51,358 nucleotides of DNA from Spirulina sp. GTDB lineage: Bacteria; Cyanobacteriota; Cyanobacteriia; Phormidesmidales; Phormidesmidaceae. The notes under the pieces are model-generated. The model saw nothing but the letters and a program-made list of their open reading frames with translations, searched no databases and was not told the DNA's origin. Location of the stretch: contig JBIPSI010000035.1 in assembly GCA_044070495.1 (NCBI GenBank), positions 1-51,358 on the forward strand. The letters are read 5' to 3'. The first letter of the stretch is position 1. Each line of letters begins with the position of its first letter. Positions 1 to 9,841 of the stretch are shown one piece after another. The position numbers were made by a program, and so were the translations under genes.

Positions 1-750
1 GCGGGCGAAGGTGTCACCCTCAACAACATTGGGGCGGTGTATCGCAACCTAGGGAGATACGAACAGGCACTGGGCTACTACACCGATGCCCTGGCCATTC
101 TTCAAGAAGTCGGTGATCGCGCGGGCGAGGGTGTCACCCTCAACAACATTGGGTTGGTGTACCGCAACCTGGGGCAGTACGAACAGGCGTTGGGCTACTA
201 CACCGATGCCCTGGCCATTGTTCAAGAAGTCGGCGATCGCGCGGGCGAAGGTGTCACCCTCAACAACATTGGGGTGGTGTACAACAGCCTAGGGCAGTAT
301 GAGCAGGCCCTAGGCTATTACACCGATGCTCTGGCCATTCATCAAACGGTTGGCGATCGTGCGGGCGAAGGCACCACCCTCAACAACATTGGGGCGGTGT
401 ATCGCGTCCTGGGGCAGTACGAACAGGCGCTCGTCTACTACACCGATGCCCTGGCCATTGTTCAAGAAGTCGGCGATAGCGCGGGCGAAGGGGCCAACCT
501 TAACAACATTGGGGAGGTGTATCGCGTCCTGGGGCAGTACGAACAGGCGCTCGTCTACTACACCGATGCTCTGGCCATTCATCAAACGGTTGGCGATCGC
601 GCTGGCGAAGGTGTCACCCTCAACAACATTGGGGCGGTGTATGAAAACCTGGGGCAGTACGAACAGGCGCTGGGCTACTTCACCGATGCCCTCACTATTC
701 TTCAAGAGGTAGGTGATCGCAGTGGTGAATGCACCACCCTCAACAACATC
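1..750 (+). repeat. ~6 tandem 120-bp TPR-coding repeats
   Basis: Lines at 1, 121, 241, 361, 481, 601 are near-identical (gcgggcgaaggtgtcaccctcaacaacattggg). Confidence 0.95.
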
Positions 751-2430
751 GGCTTGGTGCTGGAAGCCTTGGATGAACCAGAGCTGGCAATCGCCCTCTT
801 CAAGCAATCGGTCAACGTTGCAGAAAACATTCGCGGCGACATTCGCGGCCTCACCGCCGAGCAGCAGCAGTCCTTCACCGAGACTGTTGCCAGCACCTAC
901 CGCCGCCTGGCCGACCTCCTCCTCCAGGCCGATCGAGTGCTGGAGGCCCAGCGGGTACTGGATCTGTTGCAGGTGCAAGAGCTAGACGACTACCTGCAAG
1001 ACGTGCAGCGCACCACCCAAACCGAGGGCGGCGTGCCCCAGAGGCCCGAAGAACTGGCCGCCCTAGAGCGCTTTGCCGCCAACCAAGACCAAATTGTCGC
1101 CCTGGGGCGAGAACTGCGAGAGCTAGAGGCCATTGCCACAGCCAATCGCACCGCCGAGCAAACCGCCCGCATTCGCGAACTGCGCCAGCTCCAGCAAGAT
1201 GCCCGCCTCGCCTTTGAGCAGTTCTTCACCAGTCCAGAGATTCAGGCCATTGTGGCCCAACTGCGGACGACCACCGGAGCCGCCAACCTAGAACTGGGGG
1301 AACTCAACGCCCTGCAAGATAACCTCAAAGCCCTCTCGCAAAATACCGTCGCCCTCTACCCGCTCATTCTTGAAGACCGCCTGGAGCTAGTGGTGGTGAC
1401 GGCCAATGCGCCCCCGGTGAGCCGCACCGTTGATGTTGGGCGCGAAGAGCTGAACCGGGCGATCGCGGAGTTTCGTTCTGCCCTGGGGTCGCCCCGGCGG
1501 GATGCCGTTGCCCCGGCCCAGCAGCTCTACGACTGGCTGATTCGCCCCATCGAGGCCGACCTAGCCCAGGCCAATGCCGAAGTGGTGCTCTACGCCCCCG
1601 ATGGCCAACTGCGCTACATTCCCCTGGCGGCGCTGCACGATGGCGAAAGCTGGCTGGTCCAGCGGCTCCAGGTCAACAACATCGTCGCCGCCAGCCTCAC
1701 CGACCTCAGCAACCAGCCCTTTGCGGGCGGGCTATCGGTGCTGGCCGCCGCCTTTACCGAAGGGCGGTACGACATCCCCACCAGCACGCGCACCCTGTCC
1801 TTTGGTGGCCTCACCTATGCGGGGCGCGAGGTGGAAAACATCGCCCGCCTGGTGCCTGGTACCGATCAGCGGCTGAACAAAGCCTTTGATCAGTCCCTGG
1901 TGCTGGATATGAACGACTTTAACGTGGTGCACCTGGCCACCCACGCCAGCTTTAACCCCGGCCCACCCAGCGACTCGTTTATTCTGTTTGGCGATGGTAG
2001 CCACGCCACCCTCGACCAGGTGCGCCGCTGGAATTTTCCCAATGTGGACTTGGTGGTGCTGAGCGCCTGTGAAACTGCCGTGGGCGATGTGCCCCTGGGC
2101 AACGGGGCCGAAATTTTGGGCCTGGGCTACCTGATGAAACAAGCCGGGGCCGATGCGGCAATCGCCTCCCTATGGATTGTCAGCGACGGCGGTACCCAGA
2201 TGCTGATGGATGCCTTCTATGCCAACCTCAGCCAGGGGCTAAGCAAAACCGAGGCCCTGCAACAGGCCCAAATCGCCCTGATCGAGGGCGACTTTACGGC
2301 GTCGGGGGTTGATCTCAGAGCGAGTGTTGAGATTATCAGTACCCAGACTGGCTTGCCCCTGGGTGTAGCCAACAGCCTCAGCCATCCCTGCTACTGGGCA
2401 CCGTTTATTTTGATTGGCAATGGGCTGTAG
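1..2430 (+). CDS. TPR-CHAT domain protease (5' truncated by window edge)
   Basis: Open frame from base 1; 40-aa TPR repeats (GEGVTLNNIGxVYxxLGQYEQAL); CHAT motifs PDGQLRYIPLAAL, HLATHA, VLSACET, WAPFILIG; His/Cys dyad intact. Confidence 0.93.
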   Translation, partial: AGEGVTLNNIGAVYRNLGRYEQALGYYTDALAILQEVGDRAGEGVTLNNIGLVYRNLGQYEQALGYYTDALAIVQEVGDRAGEGVTLNNIGVVYNSLGQYEQALGYYTDALAIHQTVGDRAGEGTTLNNIGAVYRVLGQYEQALVYYTDALAIVQEVGDSAGEGANLNNIGEVYRVLGQYEQALVYYTDALAIHQTVGDRAGEGVTLNNIGAVYENLGQYEQALGYFTDALTILQEVGDRSGECTTLNNIGLVLEALDEPELAIALFKQSVNVAENIRGDIRGLTAEQQQSFTETVASTYRRLADLLLQADRVLEAQRVLDLLQVQELDDYLQDVQRTTQTEGGVPQRPEELAALERFAANQDQIVALGRELRELEAIATANRTAEQTARIRELRQLQQDARLAFEQFFTSPEIQAIVAQLRTTTGAANLELGELNALQDNLKALSQNTVALYPLILEDRLELVVVTANAPPVSRTVDVGREELNRAIAEFRSALGSPRRDAVAPAQQLYDWLIRPIEADLAQANAEVVLYAPDGQLRYIPLAALHDGESWLVQRLQVNNIVAASLTDLSNQPFAGGLSVLAAAFTEGRYDIPTSTRTLSFGGLTYAGREVENIARLVPGTDQRLNKAFDQSLVLDMNDFNVVHLATHASFNPGPPSDSFILFGDGSHATLDQVRRWNFPNVDLVVLSACETAVGDVPLGNGAEILGLGYLMKQAGADAAIASLWIVSDGGTQMLMDAFYANLSQGLSKTEALQQAQIALIEGDFTASGVDLRASVEIISTQTGLPLGVANSLSHPCYWAPFILIGNGL

Positions 2431-2583
2431 CGCAGCTAGGTCTGGCCCTGCGCCCGCTACACTACAAGCTATAGCGTTAGCGGCATCGGGGCTGAGGTTC
2501 GCCCCACGACAGCGCCTCAAGCGCCTGCGTCGTTTAGGCTGCGCTGGTGGTATAAAACAACGCTCATCCGCGAGGGCCGTTGA

Positions 2584-3347
2584 ATGCACAATCCATTTCC
2601 GGGCATGAACCCCTATCTAGAACAACCCGGGTTGTGGCCCCAGATACACAATCGCCTGATTGTAGCGATCGCCGATGACATTACCCCCAGGTTGCCCCCA
2701 GGTATCGCGTTTCAATCGAAGAGCGAGTTTACGCCAGCACCGAAGCCATGCCGCTGATTGGCATTGCTGACGTGGCGGTTACACGCCGTCCCGCCGCTGC
2801 TGCCTCTACAACAACCGCTGTGCAAGCGATCGCGCCCAGGCGGGTGCAGGTGCCGTTGCCCATGGAGGTGACGGAGCGCTTTTTAGCCGTGCGGCTGGTG
2901 CAGACCAATGAGGTAGCGTGCGTCATCGAGATCCTGTCTCCGGCCAATAAGCGATCGGGCGATGGCCGCCGGGCCTATGAGACGAAGCGCCAAACGGTTT
3001 TGGGTTCGGCTACCAACCTGGTGGAAATTGATCTGCTGCGCGGCGGTGCGGGTATGGCTGTGGCAGAACCGCCCCAAAAGACCTACAGCATTTTGGTCAG
3101 CGCCAGTGGCGATCGCCCCAATGCCGAACTCTATGAGTTTGATCTGGCAGATGCGATCCCGAGCTTCCCGGTGCCGTTGCAGCCCCATGATGCGGTTCCG
3201 GTGGTGAACTTGCAGCGGCTGTTGAACGAGGTTTATGCCCGCGCTCGGTTTGATCTGGCAATCAACTACCATCAACCACTCCAGCCTGCACTATCTAGCG
3301 AGGAGACCGCCTGGGTGCAGAGTCTGGTGGCTGCTGGGGAGCAATAG
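2584..3347 (+). pseudogene. DUF4058-family protein with a 1-nt frameshift (or sequencing error)
   Basis: ATG 2584 gives MHNPFPGMNPYLEQPGLWPQIHNRLI (DUF4058-like N-terminus); one C missing in the C-run at 2684-2688; continues in the frame of ORF 2748-3347 (IEILSPANK, NLVEIDLLRGG). Confidence 0.8.
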
Positions 3348-3402
3348 CGGTTTGGCTGGGCCGGGGCGATTGACTGGCGGGGAAAGGAAATTTGTCTAAA
3401 GG

Positions 3403-3429
3403 TGAATAAGTGGCCCCGGCCCGGAGATA
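3403..3429 (+). promoter_or_regulatory. Island promoter motif copy (TGAATAAG-N11-CGGAGATA)
   Basis: 63 nt upstream of ATG 3466; same spacing as other copies. Confidence 0.7.
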
Positions 3430-3465
3430 TATAGTGATGTCACCCCCAGACGGAGCATTGCCCCC

Positions 3466-6400
3466 ATGCGATATTCACCGAAGTGGTTGGGTTTAGTCGC
3501 GCTGACGACGATTATGGTGCCCTTTGCCCAGAACCCAGGGTTCTCCAAAGAACCCTGGGTTCTGATGCCCCCCGACAAAACCTCGCTGCTGTCGCTCAAA
3601 ACTGCCGAGGTTGTCGCCCCAGGTACCCGGGGCAAACAGGCTGATGGCGCTGCCTTGCTGTTGCAGGTGGAGGGCATGTTAGAAGATGGCGACAGCGTTT
3701 TGGATGATGGCCGCCTATACGATACCTATACCTTTGAAGGGCAGACGGCCCAAACTATTGCAATAACACTAGAAAGTCTTGATTTTGATACTTATGTTGC
3801 CTTACTTGACCAGAAAGGAAATCTGATTACTAGTAATGATGATATTGATACTAGTGCAGGTAATTACCATTCATTTATTGAAGTTAATCTGTCTAGAAAT
3901 GGCGTCTATCATGTCTTAGTAAGTAGCGCTAACTCTTCCTCTCGTGGACAGTATCGACTAGTTGTGGCAGAGGCCACCCCAGGGCAAGCAAGACCAATGT
4001 TAAGTTCAGCAGCCCTGACGCAGTTAGAAGTTTTGAGGCTAATTTCTTTGGCCTTGTCTAGCCATGAGTCTGCATTGTCAAGAGATGAATTTCAGCACGC
4101 ACTTGAATATGCACAACAAGGTCTTGCTCGTGCCCAAGACATTCAAGACATTAGGCTTGAGGGGTATAGCTTATACGTCATAGGACAGCTTTACACCGAT
4201 GGGTTCAGCAGATATCAAGAAGCACTTGAGGTTTTAGAGAGGGCGTTTGACATTTCCGAACAGATAAATGATCCAAGTCTAGCTACAGTGTCTCTTTTGA
4301 GTTTAAGCTTAGTCCATGTGCATCTTGGCAATCATCAAGAAACTATAAGCCTCTTTAATCAGGCGTCAGTTTTTGCCGAAGAGATTAACGATGAAAGTAT
4401 AGAAGCCCTTTTGTACATTCCTGCCTATGCTCATGTGTTCTTAGGAAATTATCAAGAGGCTATTCAAGTTCTAGAGGTGGGTCTTTCTAGTGCCCGGAAA
4501 TATAATCTTCATAGGCCAGAATCGCACTCTTTAGGTATTTTGGGTTTAGCATACTTGTATCTTGGAGATTACGATAAGGCTCGTGATTTTGCAGAGCAAT
4601 CTTTAGCTATTGCAGAAGAAAATCAAGATCTCATTGTGCAATCTAATCCATTATTTGTCTTAGGAGCAGTCTATATCCATCTAAGTCAATACCAAAGAGG
4701 AATTGATTTTGCAGAAAGATCGGTTCAAATTTCTCGAGAGGCTGGAATAGATCAAATTAGAATTTGGGGCCTTATTACATTAGCATCAGGCTATGTCGGC
4801 CTTGATCGTCATGAGGAAGCAGTTAATATCTCTAATGAGGCACTTCAACTTGCGCGCGAGTTGGGAGATAAAAAAAGCGAAGCAAATGCCCTGAGAATTT
4901 TAGGTCACAGCTCCGGTTTGAGAGGTGAGTATCAAGAAGCTATCAACTATTATCAACGGGCTCTTCCCTTATCTCAGGAGGCTGGAGATCGTAACTCAGA
5001 AGGGTTTCTTTTTGGTGCTTTAGGGCAAATTTTATCTCAGCAAAACCAGCCCGAACTGGCCGTTACCTTCCTCAAGGCCTCAGTCCAAGTGCGCGAATCC
5101 ATTCGCGGCGACATTCGTGGTCTCGACTCTAGCCTTCAGCAATCCTTTACCGATACCGTTGCCGACGACTACCGCCGCCTAGCCAATTTGCTGCTCAACC
5201 AAGGCCGCATTCCCGAAGCCCAGCAAGTCCTCGACCTATTGCAGCTCGAAGAACTGCGGGAGTTCACCAACACCCGCGCCGCCTGGACTGGCACCGCCCT
5301 AGCCTTTACCGATCCCGAGCAAACCGTCATCGACGCCCACGGCAGTCTGATCGCCCTGGGCAGCCGCATCCTCGACTGTGAGGCCACCAACTGCGCCGAC
5401 CTTGAGGCCTACTACGGCCAGCAGGAAGCCCTCAAAGCCCAGTACGATAACCAGGTGGCCGAATTCAACCGCATCGTCCGGGCCAACCGGGCCGACGACG
5501 ACGTGTTTCAAAACCCTGAAACCATCAGCGGCGAAGCGGAGGAATTGCTGGCGGCCTATGCCGAAGCCGGGGAAACAGCAGTGCTGATCTACCCCTTTGT
5601 GCTGGAAGACAAACTGTGGCTGGTGTGGGCCACGGCGGGCAACGTCATCGGCAGTGTGGAAGTACCTGTACCCCAGGCAGAGCTATCGGCCACGGTGCAG
5701 CGATTTGGGGAACTGCTGAACCGGGGGGCGCTGGATGACCTCCAAGCCACCAGTCAGCAGCTCTACGGCTGGATCATTGAACCGTTGGAAGCAGAGCTAG
5801 AAAAAAATGGCGTTGACCACCTAATTTTCGTTAACGATCGCGTCACTCGCTACATCCCCATGGCGGCATTGTTCGATGGCGAAAACTTTTTGATTGAGCG
5901 CTACCGAGTCTCCACGGTGCTGGCCCCCGCCGTCACCGAAACCGACGGACGGCTGGGGGCGGTGGATGAATCCCAGGTGCTGGGGCTGGGGCTGACCCAG
6001 GCGGTAGCAGGGCTCAACCCACTGCCAGCGGTGAAGGAAGAACTGGCGGCGATCGTGCGGGACAACCGCCTGGGGTCAGGCATCTTTCCAGGGCGGGTGT
6101 TCCTCGACAATGCCTTCACCTTCGATGCCCTGCGGGACAACGTGGCCAGCCATCGGGTGCTGCACGTAGCCACCCACGCCGCCTTTGTGCCCGGTCGTGC
6201 CGAAGAATCGTACATTGTGCTGGGCAACGGCGATCGCCTCTTCATTCCCGACATCGAAACCATCGAGCGCCGCCTGCGCAACCTGCACCTGGTGGTGCTC
6301 TCCGCCTGCCAAACCGCCCTGGGTGGCCCATCTGGCAATGGCGACGGCACCGAAATCGCGGGTCTCAGCTCCTACTTCCTCCGCCCTGGACGGGCCGAAG

Positions 6401-6675
6401 CAGTCGTCGCCTCGCTGTGGAAGGTTGACGACAGCAGTACCAGCCTGCTGATGCAGCGCTTCTACGAGTTCTTGGCCACAGGCGAACTCACCAAAGCCGA
6501 GGCCCTGCGCCAGGCGCAGCTCAGCCTGCTCTACAACGAAGACACCGCCACCCGCCTCGCCGCTTCCCGCGCCTCGATATCGGTTGAAACCCTCGACGGC
6601 AGACCACTCTCAGCGGTGGGCTCCCAACACCCCTACCACTGGGCACCGTTTATTCTGATCGGCAATGGCCTGTAG
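3466..6675 (+). CDS. Secreted PPC-TPR-CHAT protease
   Basis: N-terminal hydrophobic leader; PPC-like domain (YTFEGQTAQTIAITLESLDFDTY..NDD); divergent TPRs; CHAT HVATHA/VLSACQT. Confidence 0.9.
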   Translation: MRYSPKWLGLVALTTIMVPFAQNPGFSKEPWVLMPPDKTSLLSLKTAEVVAPGTRGKQADGAALLLQVEGMLEDGDSVLDDGRLYDTYTFEGQTAQTIAITLESLDFDTYVALLDQKGNLITSNDDIDTSAGNYHSFIEVNLSRNGVYHVLVSSANSSSRGQYRLVVAEATPGQARPMLSSAALTQLEVLRLISLALSSHESALSRDEFQHALEYAQQGLARAQDIQDIRLEGYSLYVIGQLYTDGFSRYQEALEVLERAFDISEQINDPSLATVSLLSLSLVHVHLGNHQETISLFNQASVFAEEINDESIEALLYIPAYAHVFLGNYQEAIQVLEVGLSSARKYNLHRPESHSLGILGLAYLYLGDYDKARDFAEQSLAIAEENQDLIVQSNPLFVLGAVYIHLSQYQRGIDFAERSVQISREAGIDQIRIWGLITLASGYVGLDRHEEAVNISNEALQLARELGDKKSEANALRILGHSSGLRGEYQEAINYYQRALPLSQEAGDRNSEGFLFGALGQILSQQNQPELAVTFLKASVQVRESIRGDIRGLDSSLQQSFTDTVADDYRRLANLLLNQGRIPEAQQVLDLLQLEELREFTNTRAAWTGTALAFTDPEQTVIDAHGSLIALGSRILDCEATNCADLEAYYGQQEALKAQYDNQVAEFNRIVRANRADDDVFQNPETISGEAEELLAAYAEAGETAVLIYPFVLEDKLWLVWATAGNVIGSVEVPVPQAELSATVQRFGELLNRGALDDLQATSQQLYGWIIEPLEAELEKNGVDHLIFVNDRVTRYIPMAALFDGENFLIERYRVSTVLAPAVTETDGRLGAVDESQVLGLGLTQAVAGLNPLPAVKEELAAIVRDNRLGSGIFPGRVFLDNAFTFDALRDNVASHRVLHVATHAAFVPGRAEESYIVLGNGDRLFIPDIETIERRLRNLHLVVLSACQTALGGPSGNGDGTEIAGLSSYFLRPGRAEAVVASLWKVDDSSTSLLMQRFYEFLATGELTKAEALRQAQLSLLYNEDTATRLAASRASISVETLDGRPLSAVGSQHPYHWAPFILIGNGL

Positions 6676-6688
6676 GCAAGCAAAATAC

Positions 6689-6715
6689 TGAATAAGCTTT
6701 CTCCTCTCAGGTCGA
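6689..6715 (+). promoter_or_regulatory. Island promoter motif copy (TGAATAAG-N11-CAGGTCGA)
   Basis: 66 nt upstream of ATG 6755; second half degenerate. Confidence 0.5.
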
Positions 6716-6754
6716 TAGGCCGATGTAAACCTCAATCAGGAACCTGATATTGCC

Positions 6755-8278
6755 ATGCCTCTTCATCAAAAGTTTGGTGAGCGTCCCATTTCTGGCCCTA
6801 TGGCTTTCGTCAGCTTGGCGGCATCTACGCTGCTGCTAGCCCCTGCCACCCCGGCGCAGGATCTCATCGCCGGTAGCAATACCTCAGAAACAGACATCAG
6901 GCTGACACCTGAAGAAGTGCAGGTTCAGCAACAGTTCGAGAGTGCCATCCTCCTGGGTCAAGAACTTGCGGCTTTGGAACAAATCCCCACCGCCGAACGA
7001 ACCCCCGAGCAAGAGCAACGCATCTTAGCGCTCCGCCAAGCCCAGTCCGAGCTATCCAGAGCCTTTGCTAACTTTGCCAACTCTCCCGAGATTCAGGCAC
7101 AGCTTAATCAACTGCGTAGATCAACCCAGGGGCAAGCTCTGGAACTAAACGACCTACGCGCCATCCAGGACAACCTGGCGCAGCTAGACACCCCAGCCCT
7201 GCTTCTCTACCCGCTCATTCTGGATGATCGCTTAGAGTTGATGGTTGTCACCGCCGATGCTCCCCCCCTGCGCCGCACCGTTGAGGTGACCTCTACAGAG
7301 CTAAACCAGACCATCATGGCGTTCCGAGAGGCGTTGCAAGATCCTGGCAGCGATGTTTTGCCCCCAGCCCAGCAGCTTTACCAGTGGCTCATTCAGCCCA
7401 TTGATGCCGACCTGGCAGAGGCTGGGGCAGAGGCGATTTTGGTTGCTCCCGATGGAGCGCTACGCTATGTGCCCCTGGCCGCTTTGCACGATGGTGACCA
7501 ATGGCTGGCAGAGCGATTTGCCCTCAACACTCTCATTGCCGCCGGTCTAATGGACTGGTCAACCAATAATCCTCGTCCTGAGCCTCAAATTCTCGCTGCC
7601 GCCCTGTCTGAAGGCCCCTATGCCGTTATCGTTGGCGATCAGGAGGTGGTTCTCTCACCCATTCCGGGAGCGGTGGCCGAAGTAGAGGCTGTGGCGACGA
7701 TTTTCCCCAGCACGACGATCCTCATGGGAGCCGCCTTTACCCCCGAAGTGATCGCGCAACGGGCTAACCACTACGACATTCTCCACCTGGCTACCCACAC
7801 CCTAGTTCAGCCGGGTTCTCCGGAAGATTCGTTTATGCTGTTTGGCAATGGCGAAGTATTAACGCTCGGAGACTTTCGCACCTGGAACTTGGCCAATGTG
7901 GAGCTGGTAGTGCTGAGTGGGGGGGATACCGGGGTAGGGGTTCAGTTGGGCGATGGCACTGAGATATTAGGGATGGGCTATGAATTTCAGCAGGCAGGGG
8001 CCAGGGCGGTGATGGCGTCCCTCTGGAATGTGTCAGATTTTGGCACCACAGAACTGATGACAGCGTTTTACACCTCCCTCAGCCAGGGGAACTCCTTTGC
8101 AGAGGCACTGCAACAGGCCCAGATCTCACTAATTTCGTCTGTCCCCGAGTTGACCCGGCATCATCAAAAGGCCAGCGTGATGATCGAGTCCCCAAGTGAG
8201 GCGGTAGAGCCGCAGGCCGCCAACTATAGCCACCCCTACTACTGGGCACCGTTTATTTTGATCGGCAATGGCCTTTAG
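6755..8278 (+). CDS. TPR-less CHAT domain protein, catalytic Cys absent (pseudoprotease)
   Basis: Signal-like N-terminus; CHAT motifs PDGALRYVPLAAL, HLATHT, WAPFILIG; VLSGGDT replaces VLSACET. Confidence 0.88.
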   Translation: MPLHQKFGERPISGPMAFVSLAASTLLLAPATPAQDLIAGSNTSETDIRLTPEEVQVQQQFESAILLGQELAALEQIPTAERTPEQEQRILALRQAQSELSRAFANFANSPEIQAQLNQLRRSTQGQALELNDLRAIQDNLAQLDTPALLLYPLILDDRLELMVVTADAPPLRRTVEVTSTELNQTIMAFREALQDPGSDVLPPAQQLYQWLIQPIDADLAEAGAEAILVAPDGALRYVPLAALHDGDQWLAERFALNTLIAAGLMDWSTNNPRPEPQILAAALSEGPYAVIVGDQEVVLSPIPGAVAEVEAVATIFPSTTILMGAAFTPEVIAQRANHYDILHLATHTLVQPGSPEDSFMLFGNGEVLTLGDFRTWNLANVELVVLSGGDTGVGVQLGDGTEILGMGYEFQQAGARAVMASLWNVSDFGTTELMTAFYTSLSQGNSFAEALQQAQISLISSVPELTRHHQKASVMIESPSEAVEPQAANYSHPYYWAPFILIGNGL

Positions 8279-8332
8279 GTTTGGCCACCTCCGGATTGTC
8301 CCACGGCGATGAATGATCCTAGCGGCCAATCG

Positions 8333-8362
8333 TAGGGGCAAGGTCTCTTCACCTTGCTTCTA
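8333..8362. repeat. Short palindromic dispersed repeat (cyanobacterial SDR/REP-like)
   Basis: taggggcaaggt-ctcttc-accttgcttcta imperfect hairpin; related to 23511-23536. Confidence 0.5.
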
Positions 8363-8396
8363 GGCTGGCTTCTGACCAAGACGATCTCCAGTCATT

Positions 8397-8423
8397 TGAA
8401 TAAGTTCCCAGGGGTCAGCCATA
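8397..8423 (+). promoter_or_regulatory. Island promoter motif copy upstream of the sigma-like gene (TGAATAAG-N11-CAGCCATA)
   Basis: 98 nt upstream of ATG 8495; near-consensus. Confidence 0.7.
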
Positions 8424-8494
8424 GTTAACCTTGGGGGAAGCATCAACCCTTGCCCCTCGGCCCGATATCCTTAACTTGACCCTCCCTGCCTCCC

Positions 8495-9841
8495 ATGGAT
8501 ACTGCTTCCCGCTATTGGCAACTGGTGCGCCTGACGAGTTCAGGTCAGTGCCAGGTGCAGATGCTCCCCCAGGTAAAAGCCTGGTTTCAGGCCACCATCG
8601 CCCCTGCCCCCGATACTGATTGGGCGCAGATGATCTTTCTGGCCTGGGCAGCAGGTGGCCCCGAGGCGGATCTGGCGCAGCTTAGCCTGCGGTGCTTCAT
8701 CAGCTACCAGATTCAGCAGGTGTGTCTGGGGTTGGCCCAGCGGTTTGGGCGAGACTATGGCTTTGCCGCCACCGACCTGTTTTACCTGGTGCTGGATGAC
8801 GATGGGCGCAAGGCCGATACCCCGCCGCCCTTTAGCCTAGAGATTTTGACCACCTACGACCCCGCCAAAGCCGCCCTTAGCACCTGGGCCAGTCGGCGCA
8901 CCAGCCATCACCCGGCCCTGAACCAGGCGCTTTTGGAAAAAGGACTCTATCGCGCCAGCGACTGGGCCATTTTGAACGATACCCAGCCCGGACAACTCCA
9001 GCGAATCCTGCGCCAGTACCACCTATGCAGCGAGTACGAAGTGGCCCAGGCCGCCACCCTGCTAGAGCGCTATCAGCAGGTCTACCAACGGGCGCGGATT
9101 GCCCAGCGATTGAGTGGACAACGGGGCCGCTGCCAAACTCCCACCGTCGAGCAACTGCGGGCCATCAACCCCGACCTATCGCCCAAAGACGTGCTGGCCC
9201 AACTGCGCCACCTGGCTGGGCAACTGCGGCAATATCGCGTCCATGTGCGGGGCGGGCCAGCCCCGGTCTACCAAAGCGACAACCTCGACTGGGAAACGGT
9301 GGCCACCACCCAAGCCAGCCAGCCCCCCGACCTAGGCGACGACGACCATGATGAGTTTTTGCAAGCCTACCGCCAAGCCATGGTGAAGGAGTTAGCGGGC
9401 GCAATCGCTGTCGTCATCCAGGCCAATGTGGATCGGCTGCGAGGCCGTAAGCCTCCCCAGGATCGGGCCTATGTCCAAGGGCTGCACCTGTTCCACTGCC
9501 AGGGGCTACCCATGGGCAAGTTCGCCGCCGACATTGGCCTCACCTCCCAGGTGCAGGTGAATCGCTTGCTCAACCTCAAGCGCCTGCGGTCGGAGGTGCG
9601 TCATCGGCTGCTACCCCAGCTTTACGAAACCGTGCAGCGTCAGGCCATGGCCTACGTCTCCGCCGACCGCTTGCAGGCCATCGACCAAACCCTAGAAACC
9701 TTGCTGGCCGAAGAGGTGGATACCCTGATCGCCGCCGCCGCCGCCGAAGCCCAACAACCCAAGGGCCGCACCGCCAACAGCCTGTTTGCCCAACAACTCT
9801 GCACTACCATTCATTCCTTTATGCCGGGTACCGAGTCATGA
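8495..9841 (+). CDS. Divergent sigma70-like / HTH regulator (putative alternative sigma factor)
   Basis: YDPAKAALSTWASRR resembles sigma region 2.3-2.4; PTVEQLRAI resembles region 3; LFHCQGLPMGKFAADIGLTSQVQVNRLL resembles the region 4.2 HTH. CDS is certain, function is inferred. Confidence 0.6.
   Translation: MDTASRYWQLVRLTSSGQCQVQMLPQVKAWFQATIAPAPDTDWAQMIFLAWAAGGPEADLAQLSLRCFISYQIQQVCLGLAQRFGRDYGFAATDLFYLVLDDDGRKADTPPPFSLEILTTYDPAKAALSTWASRRTSHHPALNQALLEKGLYRASDWAILNDTQPGQLQRILRQYHLCSEYEVAQAATLLERYQQVYQRARIAQRLSGQRGRCQTPTVEQLRAINPDLSPKDVLAQLRHLAGQLRQYRVHVRGGPAPVYQSDNLDWETVATTQASQPPDLGDDDHDEFLQAYRQAMVKELAGAIAVVIQANVDRLRGRKPPQDRAYVQGLHLFHCQGLPMGKFAADIGLTSQVQVNRLLNLKRLRSEVRHRLLPQLYETVQRQAMAYVSADRLQAIDQTLETLLAEEVDTLIAAAAAEAQQPKGRTANSLFAQQLCTTIHSFMPGTES

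Noticed and set aside
233..240. Frequent GCGATCGC
   Set aside because: HIP1, a known cyanobacterial genome-wide signature; only a taxonomic clue
1..750. Regular 120/126-bp repeats as a CRISPR array or DGR template/variable repeats
   Set aside because: They are in-frame TPR units with no spacers; no reverse transcriptase in the window and no evident adenine-specific variation
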